Of a stretch of 64,000 nucleotides of DNA, positions 31,115 through 40,641 are shown piece by piece. Each line of letters opens with the position of its first letter. Position 1 is the stretch's first letter. Location of the stretch: positions 159,795 to 223,794 of the forward strand of contig CBEUCJ010000002.1 of the NCBI GenBank assembly GCA_965541615.1, read 5' to 3'. The notes beneath the pieces were generated by a model that searched no databases, was not told the DNA's origin, and saw nothing but the letters and a program-made list of their open reading frames with translations. This stretch comes from an uncultured bacterium (GTDB lineage Bacteria; Omnitrophota; Gorgyraeia; Duberdicusellales; CBEUCJ01). The translations under genes were made by a program, and so were the position numbers.

Positions 31115-31498
31115 TTAAATAATTTCCCTAAGACTATAAACCTTTACAATCCTTTTAGATTTCTCTTTTAACAACCTATCCTCTGTAATTAAAGGCATTT
31201 TTAATTTTTTTGCTAAAGCTAAATAGGAAGCATCATAAAAATTTATTTTTAATTTAACAGCTATCTCCAAAACCTCTTTTATCTCAGGAGTCAACAGATT
31301 CATTTTATTTAATATCCTTTGTAAAAAATCAGCTAAGAATAATGCTTCTTCTAAGCTATAAATTTTTTCTAAAACTACTTTCTTCCACAAAACATTTCCT
31401 ATTTCATACTTCACAAGTTCTACAGAAAACTTATTTTTTAAAATTTCAAACTTTTCTTTAGAAACAGCAAGCCAAATACTACTTGCATCAAATATCAT
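31115..31498 (-). CDS. vapC: PIN-domain toxin
   Basis: 127 aa; acidic residues in MIFDASS, FYDASYLALA, LITEDRLL. Confidence 0.7.
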   Translation of the reverse strand: MIFDASSIWLAVSKEKFEILKNKFSVELVKYEIGNVLWKKVVLEKIYSLEEALFLADFLQRILNKMNLLTPEIKEVLEIAVKLKINFYDASYLALAKKLKMPLITEDRLLKEKSKRIVKVYSLREII

Positions 31499-31743
31499 CT
31501 TTCCCTATCTTTCCTAATAGAATCCACTATCTCTTCCACAGAAATTCTTTGTAATAATTCTAAAGCTTTTTTAGCAGAATCTTTCTTTTCTTTTTTTCTG
31601 TTTCTGGGCAGATACTCAGAAATTTTTTTATCTATTAACTCTAACAAAATCTGTCTTAAGTTTTTCTTCTCTTTAAGAGCTATCATCTTTAAAGCGAGCA
31701 TCTTTTCATCATCTAATCTTAAAGTATAAGCTTTCATAAACAT
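31495..31743 (-). CDS. vapB: ribbon-helix-helix (CopG-like) antitoxin
   Basis: 82 aa; N-terminal AYTLRLDDEKMLALKMIA RHH pattern; 4-nt overlap with the PIN gene. Confidence 0.6.
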   Translation of the reverse strand: MFMKAYTLRLDDEKMLALKMIALKEKKNLRQILLELIDKKISEYLPRNRKKEKKDSAKKALELLQRISVEEIVDSIRKDRER

Positions 31744-31770
31744 TCACCTCCCTAGCTTTAAAATAACATT

Positions 31771-31788
31771 TTGACATCAAAATGTCAA
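31771..31788 (-). promoter_or_regulatory. inverted-repeat operator overlapping -35 of the vapBC promoter
   Basis: TTGACAT-caaa-ATGTCAA palindrome; on the minus strand it reads TTGACA(-35)-17nt-TATTTT, then AGGGAGGTG RBS and ATG. Confidence 0.5.
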
Positions 31789-31888
31789 GATGTCTATATT
31801 TCTGCCCAGCAGAATTCAGAATAAGCACAAAATCTACAAAAAAGAAATTCTTTTTGCAGGCACAGGTTTTTCATAGTTGATTGATTCT

Positions 31889-32550
31889 TTAATACTTTTC
31901 TATTGCTTTTTCAACCTCAATTTCTATTTCTGAGTTCATTTCACAGGAATTCTTTTTTTCTCTTAAACTGGTGAGCAAAAAGTCAAGTTTTACAAAGTCT
32001 CTTCCTTTAACATATTTTCTAAAAAAACAGACATGAATTTTGGTAGCATAAAGAGAAGGCAAATCAAAATGACAACATCAAAAACGAAAAGTTTATTGAT
32101 TAATGAAACTTCTGTATTGTAACCTGAAGGAGGGTTAGTGTCTATTTCAATCTTTATAAAAACTTTTTGCTCTGGAAGATTAGATAATTTTAAATCAAAA
32201 AGAATTTTTTTAAATTTAACCTCCAAGACACAAATTGCTTTTCTGCTCTTAGCTTTAATTTCTGGATTTAAATTGTATTCATTTAATCTTCTTTTCAAAA
32301 TATTAACAATATCCTTTAAGTTATATCCTTTCTTCCTTATCAGAGAAAAATCCAGATCTTCTGAAAATCTTTTCAAATCAAAAAGTAATCTCAAAGCTGT
32401 TCCTCCTACAAAAGCAAGATTTTTAAAAAAACCTGCCTGCTGAAAGATTTTAAGTATAAGTATCTGCAACAATTCCCTTAAATGGTTGAATTTCTCTTCA
32501 TAAGTTTTAAAATTTCTAAGTTCCTTCTCTAAAACTTCAAGCATACTCAT
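31889..32550 (-). CDS. abiEii: AbiEii/AbiGii-family nucleotidyltransferase toxin, with apparent frameshift near 32000
   Basis: N-terminal GGTALRLLFDLKRFSEDLDFS; track ORF stops at 31990 but the -1 frame continues HFDLPSLYATKIHVCFFRKYVKGRDFVKLDFLL... (KGRDxxxL hallmark) to a stop at 31889-31891; a T5 run sits at the shift. Confidence 0.65.
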
Positions 32551-33171
32551 TTAAAAACTTACAAAAATCTTTTACTACTTTCTCTAATTTCTTGTTATCA
32601 AAATATCTCGCGAATTCAAAGAGTTTATTTTTTTTCAAAATTTCTAAATTCTGGAATCTAAAAGAAACTTCAAATATATCTAAATCGTAATCCTTAAAGT
32701 AATGTAAATTAAGATAAAAAAATCAACGATTGCTTTCTCAGGCTGAGCTATAAAGACTTTAAATCCATTTTCATCATTAATAGTAGTAAATCCCCTGAAG
32801 GCTGAAGTTTTAATATGTTGATAAATAAACACTCCTAAAGAATTTTTGATTCTATAAGTTTTTTGAGGAGTAACTGAAGTAATATCTATAACTTTTTCAG
32901 GAATTAACTCATAGAATCCTAATGCATATTCACAACTTACATATGAAGGAAAATATAGCTGATTGGCTAAAAATAACTTTGAAGGGTTTATTTTTCCATC
33001 ACTTTCATTTAAAATATAAATTCCTCTCCTCAATTTTAAAATCAATCCTTTCTTTTGCCACCTTGTTATTTGATTTCTTACTAATTGAGAGTCTTCTCCT
33101 ATAAATTGAAGTTGGGTCGAAGTAATTAAAGGATATTTTTCTACTCTTTTTTTAAACTCCAAATAATTCAT
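32537..33171 (-). CDS. abiEi: AbiEi-family antitoxin/transcriptional regulator, with apparent frameshift in a T7 homopolymer
   Basis: N-terminal wHTH-like MNYLEFKKRVEKYPLITSTQL...; track ORF ends 32680 (...AIVDFF); after T7 (32703-32709 region) the +1 frame continues ...LEILKKNKLFEFARYFDNKKLEKVVKDFCKFLNEYA* and overlaps the abiEii start. Confidence 0.5.
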
Positions 33172-33178
33172 TTCCTCA

Positions 33179-33198
33179 AATAATCATTTTTGATTATT
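33179..33198 (-). promoter_or_regulatory. inverted repeat upstream of abiEi (candidate autoregulatory operator)
   Basis: AATAATCA-tttt-TGATTATT, 8 nt upstream of the abiEi start codon. Confidence 0.35.
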
Positions 33199-33297
33199 TT
33201 CAGAAATAACTATAACATATTTAAAGAATTTTTCCCACAAAAAGTTACACCTTCTTTTCTTTTCAAAAATATCCATTTTCATTTCTAATCCATGTGA

Positions 33298-34769
33298 ATC
33301 ACAATCCCCTTCTAGATGGGTCTGTGATTATCTCAAAAAGTGTTTATGACTTTGAAGTTTGGAAATCTGAATATAGTCACAATCCCCTTCTAGATGGGTC
33401 TGTGATTATCTCTGGGGAAATTGAAAAGAAGACTGAAGCTGTTTGAGTTTCGGAAATTTTGTCACAATCCCCTTCTAGATGGGTCTGTGATTATCTCTAC
33501 AGAATTGGGGATAGCAGACATAGAGAAAGCTATAGAAGAGTCACAATCCCCTTCTAGATGGGTCTGTGATTATCTCAGAAGAGAGAGACAAAATTTTAGA
33601 GAGAGCCAAGCTTATAGTGTCACAATCCCCTTCTAGATGGGTCTGTGATTATCTCTGATTAGGGCTACGGGCAATGTTGTTATAGTTTATGGGTTAAAGT
33701 CACAATCCCCTTCTAGATGGGTCTGTGATTATCTCCATCGTTTTCTGCATTAAACTGAAGTTTGTCTGTTTTAGCTTTAGTCACAATCCCCTTCTAGATG
33801 GGTCTGTGATTATCTCCTTTAATGTTTTCTTTTTGTATTATTTTTTCTATTTGTTTTTTGTCACAATCCCCTTCTAGATGGGTCTGTGATTATCTCCAGC
33901 TTTTAGTAGTTTTTAGTCCGAATGGTTTTCCTTCTTTGTCACAATCCCCTTCTAGATGGGTCTGTGATTATCTCTGAGAGAAGAGATAAAAAACAAATTA
34001 AAAGATTTGATAAGTCACAATCCCCTTCTAGATGGGTCTGTGATTATCTCCAAAACTAAATCTTAAAATATCAGCACAAATTAAATCAATATTCATTAAA
34101 GTCACAATCCCCTTCTAGATGGGTCTGTGATTATCTCAGAGACAAATATTCTCTGTGATGATTGCAAGAGAAAAATGTCACAATCCCCTTCTAGATGGGT
34201 CTGTGATTATCTCGAAGTAGAAGAGATTGTCAGAAGGGTGGTTATCAAAAATGAGGTCACAATCCCCTTCTAGATGGGTCTGTGATTATCTCTTTCTCTT
34301 GCTCACGAGTATGAACAGAAAGAAAGATTTAGAAAGGTCACAATCCCCTTCTAGATGGGTCTGTGATTATCTCTGAGATTACCAAATTTTAAGGTCATAA
34401 ATACTTTTTTAGCATTCAACTTTGTCACAATCCCCTTCTAGATGGGTCTGTGATTATCTCGTTAGAACGTGAAGGGTAAAAGACAATGGCAACCACGATT
34501 GTCACAATCCCCTTCTAGATGGGTCTGTGATTATCTCTTTTTTCATCTCCTTTTTTGTTCATCTCTTCTCTCATCATAGGTCACAATCCCCTTCTAGATG
34601 GGTCTGTGATTATCTCGGGAGGAGATGGAAAGATTAAAAAGGTATATGGAAGAGAGGTCACAATCCCCTTCTAGATGGGTCTGTGATTATCTCCTGTGAG
34701 GATTCACAGAACTTACACGGGAGATGGCGAAGGTCACAATCCCCTTCTAGATGGGTCTGTGATTATCTC
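33298..34769 (-). CRISPR. CRISPR array, 19 repeats of 37 nt and 18 spacers of 39-50 nt; terminal repeat at 33298 degenerate (A for G)
   Basis: Direct repeat on + strand GTCACAATCCCCTTCTAGATGGGTCTGTGATTATCTC at 33376, 33461, 33540, 33619, 33699, 33780, 33860, 33938, 34014, 34101, 34177, 34256, 34337, 34424, 34501, 34580, 34657 and 34733; transcribed orientation (minus) is GAGATAATCACAGACCCATCTAGAAGGGGATTGTGAC, giving an ATTGTGAC 8-nt 5' handle. Confidence 0.95.
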
Positions 34770-34859
34770 TGCATAAGTTATATTTCCTTATTTTCAAAGA
34801 ACAAATTTTGTTATTTGCGCAAATCCCTTGAAAAATTTCGCTTCTTCTAAACTTGCGCT
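34770..34859 (-). promoter_or_regulatory. putative CRISPR leader (AT-rich, between cas2 stop and first repeat)
   Basis: 90-bp AT-rich spacer adjacent to the non-degenerate end of the array and the cas2 stop. Confidence 0.4.
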
Positions 34860-35153
34860 TTATACTATAAATACTTTTGGCTCCTCTAAAATTTCATGTA
34901 CACCTATATATTCCCTCTTTTTTGAACAATTGTTACACAAAAAATAGAAACTTACTTTGTCAGACTCTATATTCATCTCAGATAAAACTCTTTTTTTCAT
35001 GATTTCAAAGTTCTTTTTATCTAAATAGCATTCAAACACACTATATTGAACTCTTTCTCCATAATCTTCTAAAATATTAGCCACTTTATTCCTCCTTTTA
35101 TCGTCTGTAATATCATAACATACAATGATAAAACTTTTTTCTTTTTCTTTCAT
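34860..35153 (-). CDS. cas2: CRISPR-associated endoribonuclease Cas2
   Basis: 97 aa; IIVCYDITDDKRRNKV...YSVFEC. Confidence 0.9.
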   Translation of the reverse strand: MKEKEKSFIIVCYDITDDKRRNKVANILEDYGERVQYSVFECYLDKKNFEIMKKRVLSEMNIESDKVSFYFLCNNCSKKREYIGVHEILEEPKVFIV

Positions 35154-35160
35154 TGTAGAA

Positions 35161-36168
35161 TTACCTTATTAAAAAAGGTTCGTATTCTTTTTTATTTTTT
35201 ATAGCTTCAATCATTTTCTTAACTTGAACTTCAAACAATCTGCGATAACAAAACATTCCTTCAGGTAAAGCTACAAGAGCTCCCATTCTTTTTTCATATT
35301 GAGTAAAAAATATGCTTTTTGCCTTTGGATTCAAAAGAACTTTAAGAATTTTTCCCTCCTCTGTTTCTACATATTCAAAATCCTCTTTCTTTAACATTTC
35401 TTTATTTATCAAATCTAAAACTAATCTATCTACAATAACAGGTCTAAATTCCTCAATCAAATCTAAAGCCAACGAAGGTCTGGAATATTCTAAACTGTGT
35501 AAAAAACCAACATAAGGATCTAAACCCATGCCAAAAATTACAGAAAACATTTCTGAAGTAATTAAAGAATATCCCAAACTTAACAAAGAATTCACTGGAT
35601 CTAAAGGTGGATGACGAGTTCTTTCTTTAAATTCAAACTCCTTTTTTCTTATCATTTTTGAAAATCCCATAAAGTAAATTTTTGTAGACATTCCTTCTAA
35701 GCCTATTAAACTAGATACTTGCTGCTTACGATCTACTTCTTCTAAGAGTTCAGATAATCTTTCTATTTCCTCTCTTAAATCTACCTCTGGGTGATTGCGG
35801 TAAAATTTTGAAAGAACAGTTCGGCAATTTTTAATTTTTCCTTTAACAATACTTTTGGATATATTTAATCTAAAGTTGGTATCTTTAAAAGCTTCATATT
35901 GAGAAAGTCTTAAAAAAACATTTTTTGATTCAGAGGGAATTACTTTTCCTATAAATCTTCCCTGAATATTAAAGAAGCTAACATCTTTACCTTTTAGAAG
36001 TAAAAATCTGAGGGCTTGAGTAGTAATCTGCACATTTCCAAAGATAAAGATTCTTTCTACTTTAAATTCAGGAATTTCTAAAATCTTCCGTCCATCCTTT
36101 TCTATTACTATTCTCTCAGAATTTCTAAAAATTTTTGATCCCTGTTCAAGAAGATAGAGTGTGGGCAT
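35161..36168 (-). CDS. cas1: CRISPR-associated endonuclease Cas1
   Basis: 335 aa; full-length Cas1 with conserved C-terminal catalytic region (...GLDPYVGFLHSLEYSRPSLALDLIEEFRP...). Confidence 0.9.
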   Translation of the reverse strand: MPTLYLLEQGSKIFRNSERIVIEKDGRKILEIPEFKVERIFIFGNVQITTQALRFLLLKGKDVSFFNIQGRFIGKVIPSESKNVFLRLSQYEAFKDTNFRLNISKSIVKGKIKNCRTVLSKFYRNHPEVDLREEIERLSELLEEVDRKQQVSSLIGLEGMSTKIYFMGFSKMIRKKEFEFKERTRHPPLDPVNSLLSLGYSLITSEMFSVIFGMGLDPYVGFLHSLEYSRPSLALDLIEEFRPVIVDRLVLDLINKEMLKKEDFEYVETEEGKILKVLLNPKAKSIFFTQYEKRMGALVALPEGMFCYRRLFEVQVKKMIEAIKNKKEYEPFLIR

Positions 36169-36169
36169 T

Positions 36170-37429
36170 TTAGAAAAGTGGTGGTAGATATGTAATTTTA
36201 GGAAACCTCACTTGAGAACGAATCGAATCTATGTTAGGGAAAATTTTTTTAAGGAAACTTTCTATCTCGGAAAGCATTTTTTTATAATGTTCCTCTGAAA
36301 TTGGTATAAATCCATGAGCAAGAATAGAGTTATTTCTTATGTGAAGCAATTTTTTTAAATTTTCTTTATGTTGTATAAAACCTTCTCCTACTTTGTCACC
36401 TAACTCAAAAAGTAATTCATAGTTTTTGTAAAGTGACAACTTTATTTTTCCATCGTTAGGATCTGCATATCTTATATATTTAGGCCTTAAATTTTCAGGA
36501 AGTTTTGTTATATCTAAATCTTCCGTATCTATACTTCCATCCTTTTTTAATTTATATAACCCTCGTTGAGCTATATGAAATTGAGATATGTATTCTAGAC
36601 ACCTATACAATCGTGCTGCCGCATCGTCATATTTATTTTCCACATCTCCTCTTCGACGAGCATTTTCCAGAAGATCGGCGATTCTCTCTATGCAAAATGG
36701 ATTTTCTTTCTCTTTATATAGAGCTTGCCTATTTTTCTCTATAACATTTTTAAGCCTCCATTCTTCTATTTTCTCTGATTTTTCTTTAAAAATCTGACAA
36801 ATTTTTTTAAAAGCTTCTTTTATATTAAATTTATCCCACAACAAATAAATTTCACATAAAGTTGAAAAGAAGTCCACATTTTCTTGAAATCTATTACTAA
36901 GCAACAATTGTTTAATCTGAGATAATTTTTTTAAACACATATCAAATTGATAAGTATTAAATAACTGTATTATTTCTCTAAAAGTTGATAAGATATAAAC
37001 TCTATTAGGTTCAAGGCTTACCATCCTTTCGGTCCCAGAAATTACCCTTCCATTTTTATCTCTCTTCCCACTTATATATACTAGAGAGCCTATTCTTTTT
37101 TCTATACTTGCTAATACTAATCCAGCAGACATAGCTTTTGTTCCTGAAGTATAGTCAACACATATTTCTCTGGATTCGAAATTTTGCAACAGTTCCTTAA
37201 GTATCTCTTCGCATTTCAGCTTAATTTCTTCAACATCATTTTCATCTTCAATTATTACCTCTTTGTACTCTTTTATTTTTGCTTCTTTTACTATCAAAGG
37301 TATGTTTTTACTACTTTCTTTAGTCGTCAAAAAGATTATATAATCTGGATTGTTTTGAGTGATTGAAAACTGTATTCCATGGATTATTCCCTCCCCTGTT
37401 CCTACACTAATAACTAATATTTTTGACAT
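36170..37429 (-). CDS. csm6: CARF-HEPN ancillary ribonuclease (Csm6/Csx1 family; TIGR02710-like)
   Basis: 419 aa; N-terminal Rossmann-like CARF start ILVISVGTGEG...; C-terminal R-x6-H HEPN motif (HIRNNSILAHG). Confidence 0.6.
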   Translation of the reverse strand: MSKILVISVGTGEGIIHGIQFSITQNNPDYIIFLTTKESSKNIPLIVKEAKIKEYKEVIIEDENDVEEIKLKCEEILKELLQNFESREICVDYTSGTKAMSAGLVLASIEKRIGSLVYISGKRDKNGRVISGTERMVSLEPNRVYILSTFREIIQLFNTYQFDMCLKKLSQIKQLLLSNRFQENVDFFSTLCEIYLLWDKFNIKEAFKKICQIFKEKSEKIEEWRLKNVIEKNRQALYKEKENPFCIERIADLLENARRRGDVENKYDDAAARLYRCLEYISQFHIAQRGLYKLKKDGSIDTEDLDITKLPENLRPKYIRYADPNDGKIKLSLYKNYELLFELGDKVGEGFIQHKENLKKLLHIRNNSILAHGFIPISEEHYKKMLSEIESFLKKIFPNIDSIRSQVRFPKITYLPPLF

Positions 37430-37445
37430 CTCAAAACTGTTAAAA

Positions 37446-38414
37446 TTAATGCTCTACATATAGAGCTGCCCACCCTAAAGGAATCTTACCATTTATAAGT
37501 TTCTGAGTCCGTGGTAATTCACCTGGAGACAGAGACGGAAAATTTCTGCGAGGCACTCTATAGTCTTTCAACCCTAATTCCTCTGCCAAAATAAGCAAAG
37601 AGGTACTTAAAATTGAAGAACCTTGCCCCAGTCTTACAAGAAAGCAATTATGAGGAATGTTAAAATTATATTTCATTTTCTGATAAACTTTTCTGTAAAA
37701 TTCATCTGCATAAGAAAGTATTCTGTAAGGATCCAGTTTCCCAAATTTGAAGGAATCTATAGAAGTCTTCATATTTACTTCAAAAACGATTTCAGGCTTC
37801 AAGGTTTCGTAAAGCACAGGTATACCTTTTTCTCTTTGAGTATCAATTTCAGTAACTTTCACCAGAGAAATTTCCAAACACTCTTCAGGACTTTTAAAAT
37901 CTGAATCTTCTACATCTAACCATCTGGAGAATCTTTTATTATCCAATACAGAAATTTTTCCTAAAATTTCCCCAAGAAATCTATTATAATCATCTAATGT
38001 TCTTATATTATGCTCCTTTGCCACCTTGTAAATCACTCCTGAGAGCAGACATCCTTTTAAAGAACTTCCTGGAATGTATATTCTCCTTGCAGATTTAATA
38101 AATGGTCTTATATTAATCAAATTGCTTCCTCTTGCAGAAGCAGAAACCTTTGCCTTGTAAAGAATATTTCTAAATAACATTTCTTGAGGTAAAGCATCCC
38201 CTATATACCTGTTATTTTGGAAGGTGGAAATAAATCTATCCATATCACTTCTAAAGTCAGAGTCTGAAAAAAGTCTTTCCATATCAATAAACCCAACTTC
38301 ATCACCAAGTTTGTCTGAAATTCTACCAGAGGTTATACTGATGTATTCTAAAGGTGTTATCTGCGATCCCGAACCTATATGAATGGGTGTCAGAACTTTA
38401 AGTCTAATTTTCAT
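37446..38414 (-). CDS. csm5: type III-A RAMP Csm5
   Basis: 322 aa; N-terminal LKVLTPIHIGSG... RAMP start, G-rich loop; last RAMP of the csm operon. Confidence 0.65.
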   Translation of the reverse strand: MKIRLKVLTPIHIGSGSQITPLEYISITSGRISDKLGDEVGFIDMERLFSDSDFRSDMDRFISTFQNNRYIGDALPQEMLFRNILYKAKVSASARGSNLINIRPFIKSARRIYIPGSSLKGCLLSGVIYKVAKEHNIRTLDDYNRFLGEILGKISVLDNKRFSRWLDVEDSDFKSPEECLEISLVKVTEIDTQREKGIPVLYETLKPEIVFEVNMKTSIDSFKFGKLDPYRILSYADEFYRKVYQKMKYNFNIPHNCFLVRLGQGSSILSTSLLILAEELGLKDYRVPRRNFPSLSPGELPRTQKLINGKIPLGWAALYVEH

Positions 38415-39357
38415 TATTCACCTCCAAAACACATGGTACATTAAAAGCAAGTCCATATCTATACACCCTGTGTTGAGTAAATATCTCAGGAGTTACATCC
38501 GCAACTTTACCTATTTTTTTGTTAGGAAAAACTGAACCCTCTTTGAACATTCTTACGGTCTTTTTTCTTAAACTACGATTAAATGGAGAATAGATATAAC
38601 CCCTTCTTTCCAAAATTTCATAGAAGCCATTTTTTATATCATTAAGTTCATTCTCCTGAGGAAAATAAAGTGATAGCGTAAGTGCTGCTTTGCTTTCAGG
38701 GATTTTTATTTCCATCTCATCTTCTTCCAAGCAAAACAACCCTTTACCCACGGTCCTATCTCCTCCTATACCCTCATCTCCCAAAAGCCTTAAGGTAGTA
38801 GTAAATTCTTTCTCTAATGAAGAGTCATTGAAATGGGTCAGAAAAAATAATCCAGAGTTATCTTTGAAAAATACTTCTCCAAAATGAAAAAAGTTATCGT
38901 GAGGGTGTGCATCCCACCTACTTAAACCTACACGAGGAGTGTTCATAACTTTCCAAGGTTTTTCTGCACTCTCCTTTATAAAATCTATCTTTTCCTTAAC
39001 TTTTTCAATGCTTTCTCCTCTTAATAACATCTCAAATCCCTGTTTCTCAATAAACAGAATCTTTTTCGTCTCTTTTTCTGCAGGAATTTGATTTAGAGGT
39101 ATTGGAAAGTAGTATTTACTATTCCAGAAGGGGAAGGCAGAAGAAATTAAAAATGGAGGCGTGGATTCCACAAACTCCTTGAGCAATCTTTCAAGTCTTT
39201 CTTTGCCATATAATAGAAGATACCCATTACAGAAGGCAGAAAATATAGTATCTGAATGGATAAGAAATTCGGTACTCTCTGTAAATCCTTCCCTTGTGCC
39301 AATATGTAGAGAAGACTTAAATCTGAGTTTGTAAACCCTGAATTTCAAAACATTCAT
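38404..39357 (-). CDS. csm4: type III-A RAMP Csm4
   Basis: 317 aa; FRVYKLRFKSSLHIG...DTIFSAF N-terminus typical of Csm4. Confidence 0.7.
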   Translation of the reverse strand: MNVLKFRVYKLRFKSSLHIGTREGFTESTEFLIHSDTIFSAFCNGYLLLYGKERLERLLKEFVESTPPFLISSAFPFWNSKYYFPIPLNQIPAEKETKKILFIEKQGFEMLLRGESIEKVKEKIDFIKESAEKPWKVMNTPRVGLSRWDAHPHDNFFHFGEVFFKDNSGLFFLTHFNDSSLEKEFTTTLRLLGDEGIGGDRTVGKGLFCLEEDEMEIKIPESKAALTLSLYFPQENELNDIKNGFYEILERRGYIYSPFNRSLRKKTVRMFKEGSVFPNKKIGKVADVTPEIFTQHRVYRYGLAFNVPCVLEVNNEN

Positions 39358-40199
39358 TTTATATTTTTGACGATTTCATTAAAATTCTCTACAATCAAAG
39401 AAGGAGTATTATATTCTCCATTTATTATTCTCTGATTTAACTTACCAGTCTCATAATCCTCTTTTTTGTTCCAGTAAATTTTAATATTCTTAAATTTGAT
39501 CTTCCCATATCCTCGAGAACCCATTCCTCCCAGATAATCATCTTCTAAGAGTTCCATAGCTTCGAAAACTTTCACTAAAAGAGCTTTATCCGCCTCTTCA
39601 TAGACATTGTAAATAATTTCCATAGGGCTAAACACAGCCCCTGCAGGAACACGATCTATGGTTCTCAGACTCCCTCCTCGCGCAGTTCCTTTATATCTAT
39701 CAATGGCCGTTTCCATCTTAACCTCTGTCCATTCAAGTTCGAGATTTCTTTTCATCTCCTCTGTAATTGAAGTTTCATCCAATGGAACATCTCGAACCAT
39801 GATGCGTGTCAATACAGGAATACCAGCTATATCACTACCTCCCAACACTCCCCAGATTTTACATACTGGGCAATTTTGGTATTCTATATTACTCTCACAC
39901 TCGTGAGCGTAAGGTTCCTTCACTCTTTCCTTTTTACCATTTCTAATAACTTCCTTTTCTTGCATCTTATTTAACTTAACGCCCTCCTTTCTCTCGGCTA
40001 ACGTTCGTAGTTTTCCCTTCAAAGAAGATCCAGGAATATAAGGTTTCCCAAAAGCGTCACAAATTACTGGATGATCTATACCTCCTATTTTAAGACCCGT
40101 TGTAGGACCTGCTATTCTAAGACCAGTTATAACACAAATATCTCCTCTTATTATGATTTTTCCTAACAAGCAAATTTTATCATGCTGTTCCATCCTCAC
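39354..40199 (-). CDS. csm3: type III-A backbone RAMP Csm3 (Cas7)
   Basis: 281 aa; G-rich loop IPGSSLKGKLR, zinc knuckle CESNIEYQNCPVC. Confidence 0.85.
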   Translation of the reverse strand: MRMEQHDKICLLGKIIIRGDICVITGLRIAGPTTGLKIGGIDHPVICDAFGKPYIPGSSLKGKLRTLAERKEGVKLNKMQEKEVIRNGKKERVKEPYAHECESNIEYQNCPVCKIWGVLGGSDIAGIPVLTRIMVRDVPLDETSITEEMKRNLELEWTEVKMETAIDRYKGTARGGSLRTIDRVPAGAVFSPMEIIYNVYEEADKALLVKVFEAMELLEDDYLGGMGSRGYGKIKFKNIKIYWNKKEDYETGKLNQRIINGEYNTPSLIVENFNEIVKNIK

Positions 40200-40208
40200 A
40201 CCTCCTCT

Positions 40209-40604
40209 TTAATCTCTTATCCTACTATAAAATTTATGGTAACCTACTATCGCCTCAAAAAAATCGCGAAAATTTTTGAATTTATTAAAATCCCTCCCTA
40301 CCATCTTAATAGCTAAATCTAAAATATCTTTTAATTCTCTTAGAGATTGTGAATCTTTATTTCTCCCAGCTATATAGGCTAATTTAGGACGTAACAATTC
40401 AAGTTCTCCCTTTTCAATGTCTTCTTGTCGCATTCTCTGCACATCATCTAATATATTTCTAATTTGAGAGGTTGTAAGTTTATATTTTTTCTCTTTCTCA
40501 TTTTGTGGAGCAAACTTTTTACCTAATTCTTCAGCATATTCATTTAATACACTGCTATTTCCATTAATTATCTCCTTAATTTTTTCCACTTCTTTCTCAT
40601 TCAT
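40209..40604 (-). CDS. csm2: type III-A small subunit Csm2
   Basis: 131 aa, alpha-helical, positioned between cas10 and csm3. Confidence 0.6.
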   Translation of the reverse strand: MNEKEVEKIKEIINGNSSVLNEYAEELGKKFAPQNEKEKKYKLTTSQIRNILDDVQRMRQEDIEKGELELLRPKLAYIAGRNKDSQSLRELKDILDLAIKMVGRDFNKFKNFRDFFEAIVGYHKFYSRIRD

Positions 40605-40641
40605 ACTCTACCTCCTTTTTTATCAATCTTGCGATCATTCT

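Noticed and set aside
33335-34732. Possible self-targeting or phage-matching spacers
   Set aside because: This cannot be evaluated by eye against a 64-kb window plus unknown genome; left as a suggested check only.
36170-37429. Considered calling this gene an uncharacterised Cas02710-only protein, not Csm6/Csx1
   Set aside because: An R-x6-H HEPN motif near the C-terminus and a Rossmann-like N-terminus fit CARF-HEPN effectors; kept as csm6-family with moderate confidence.
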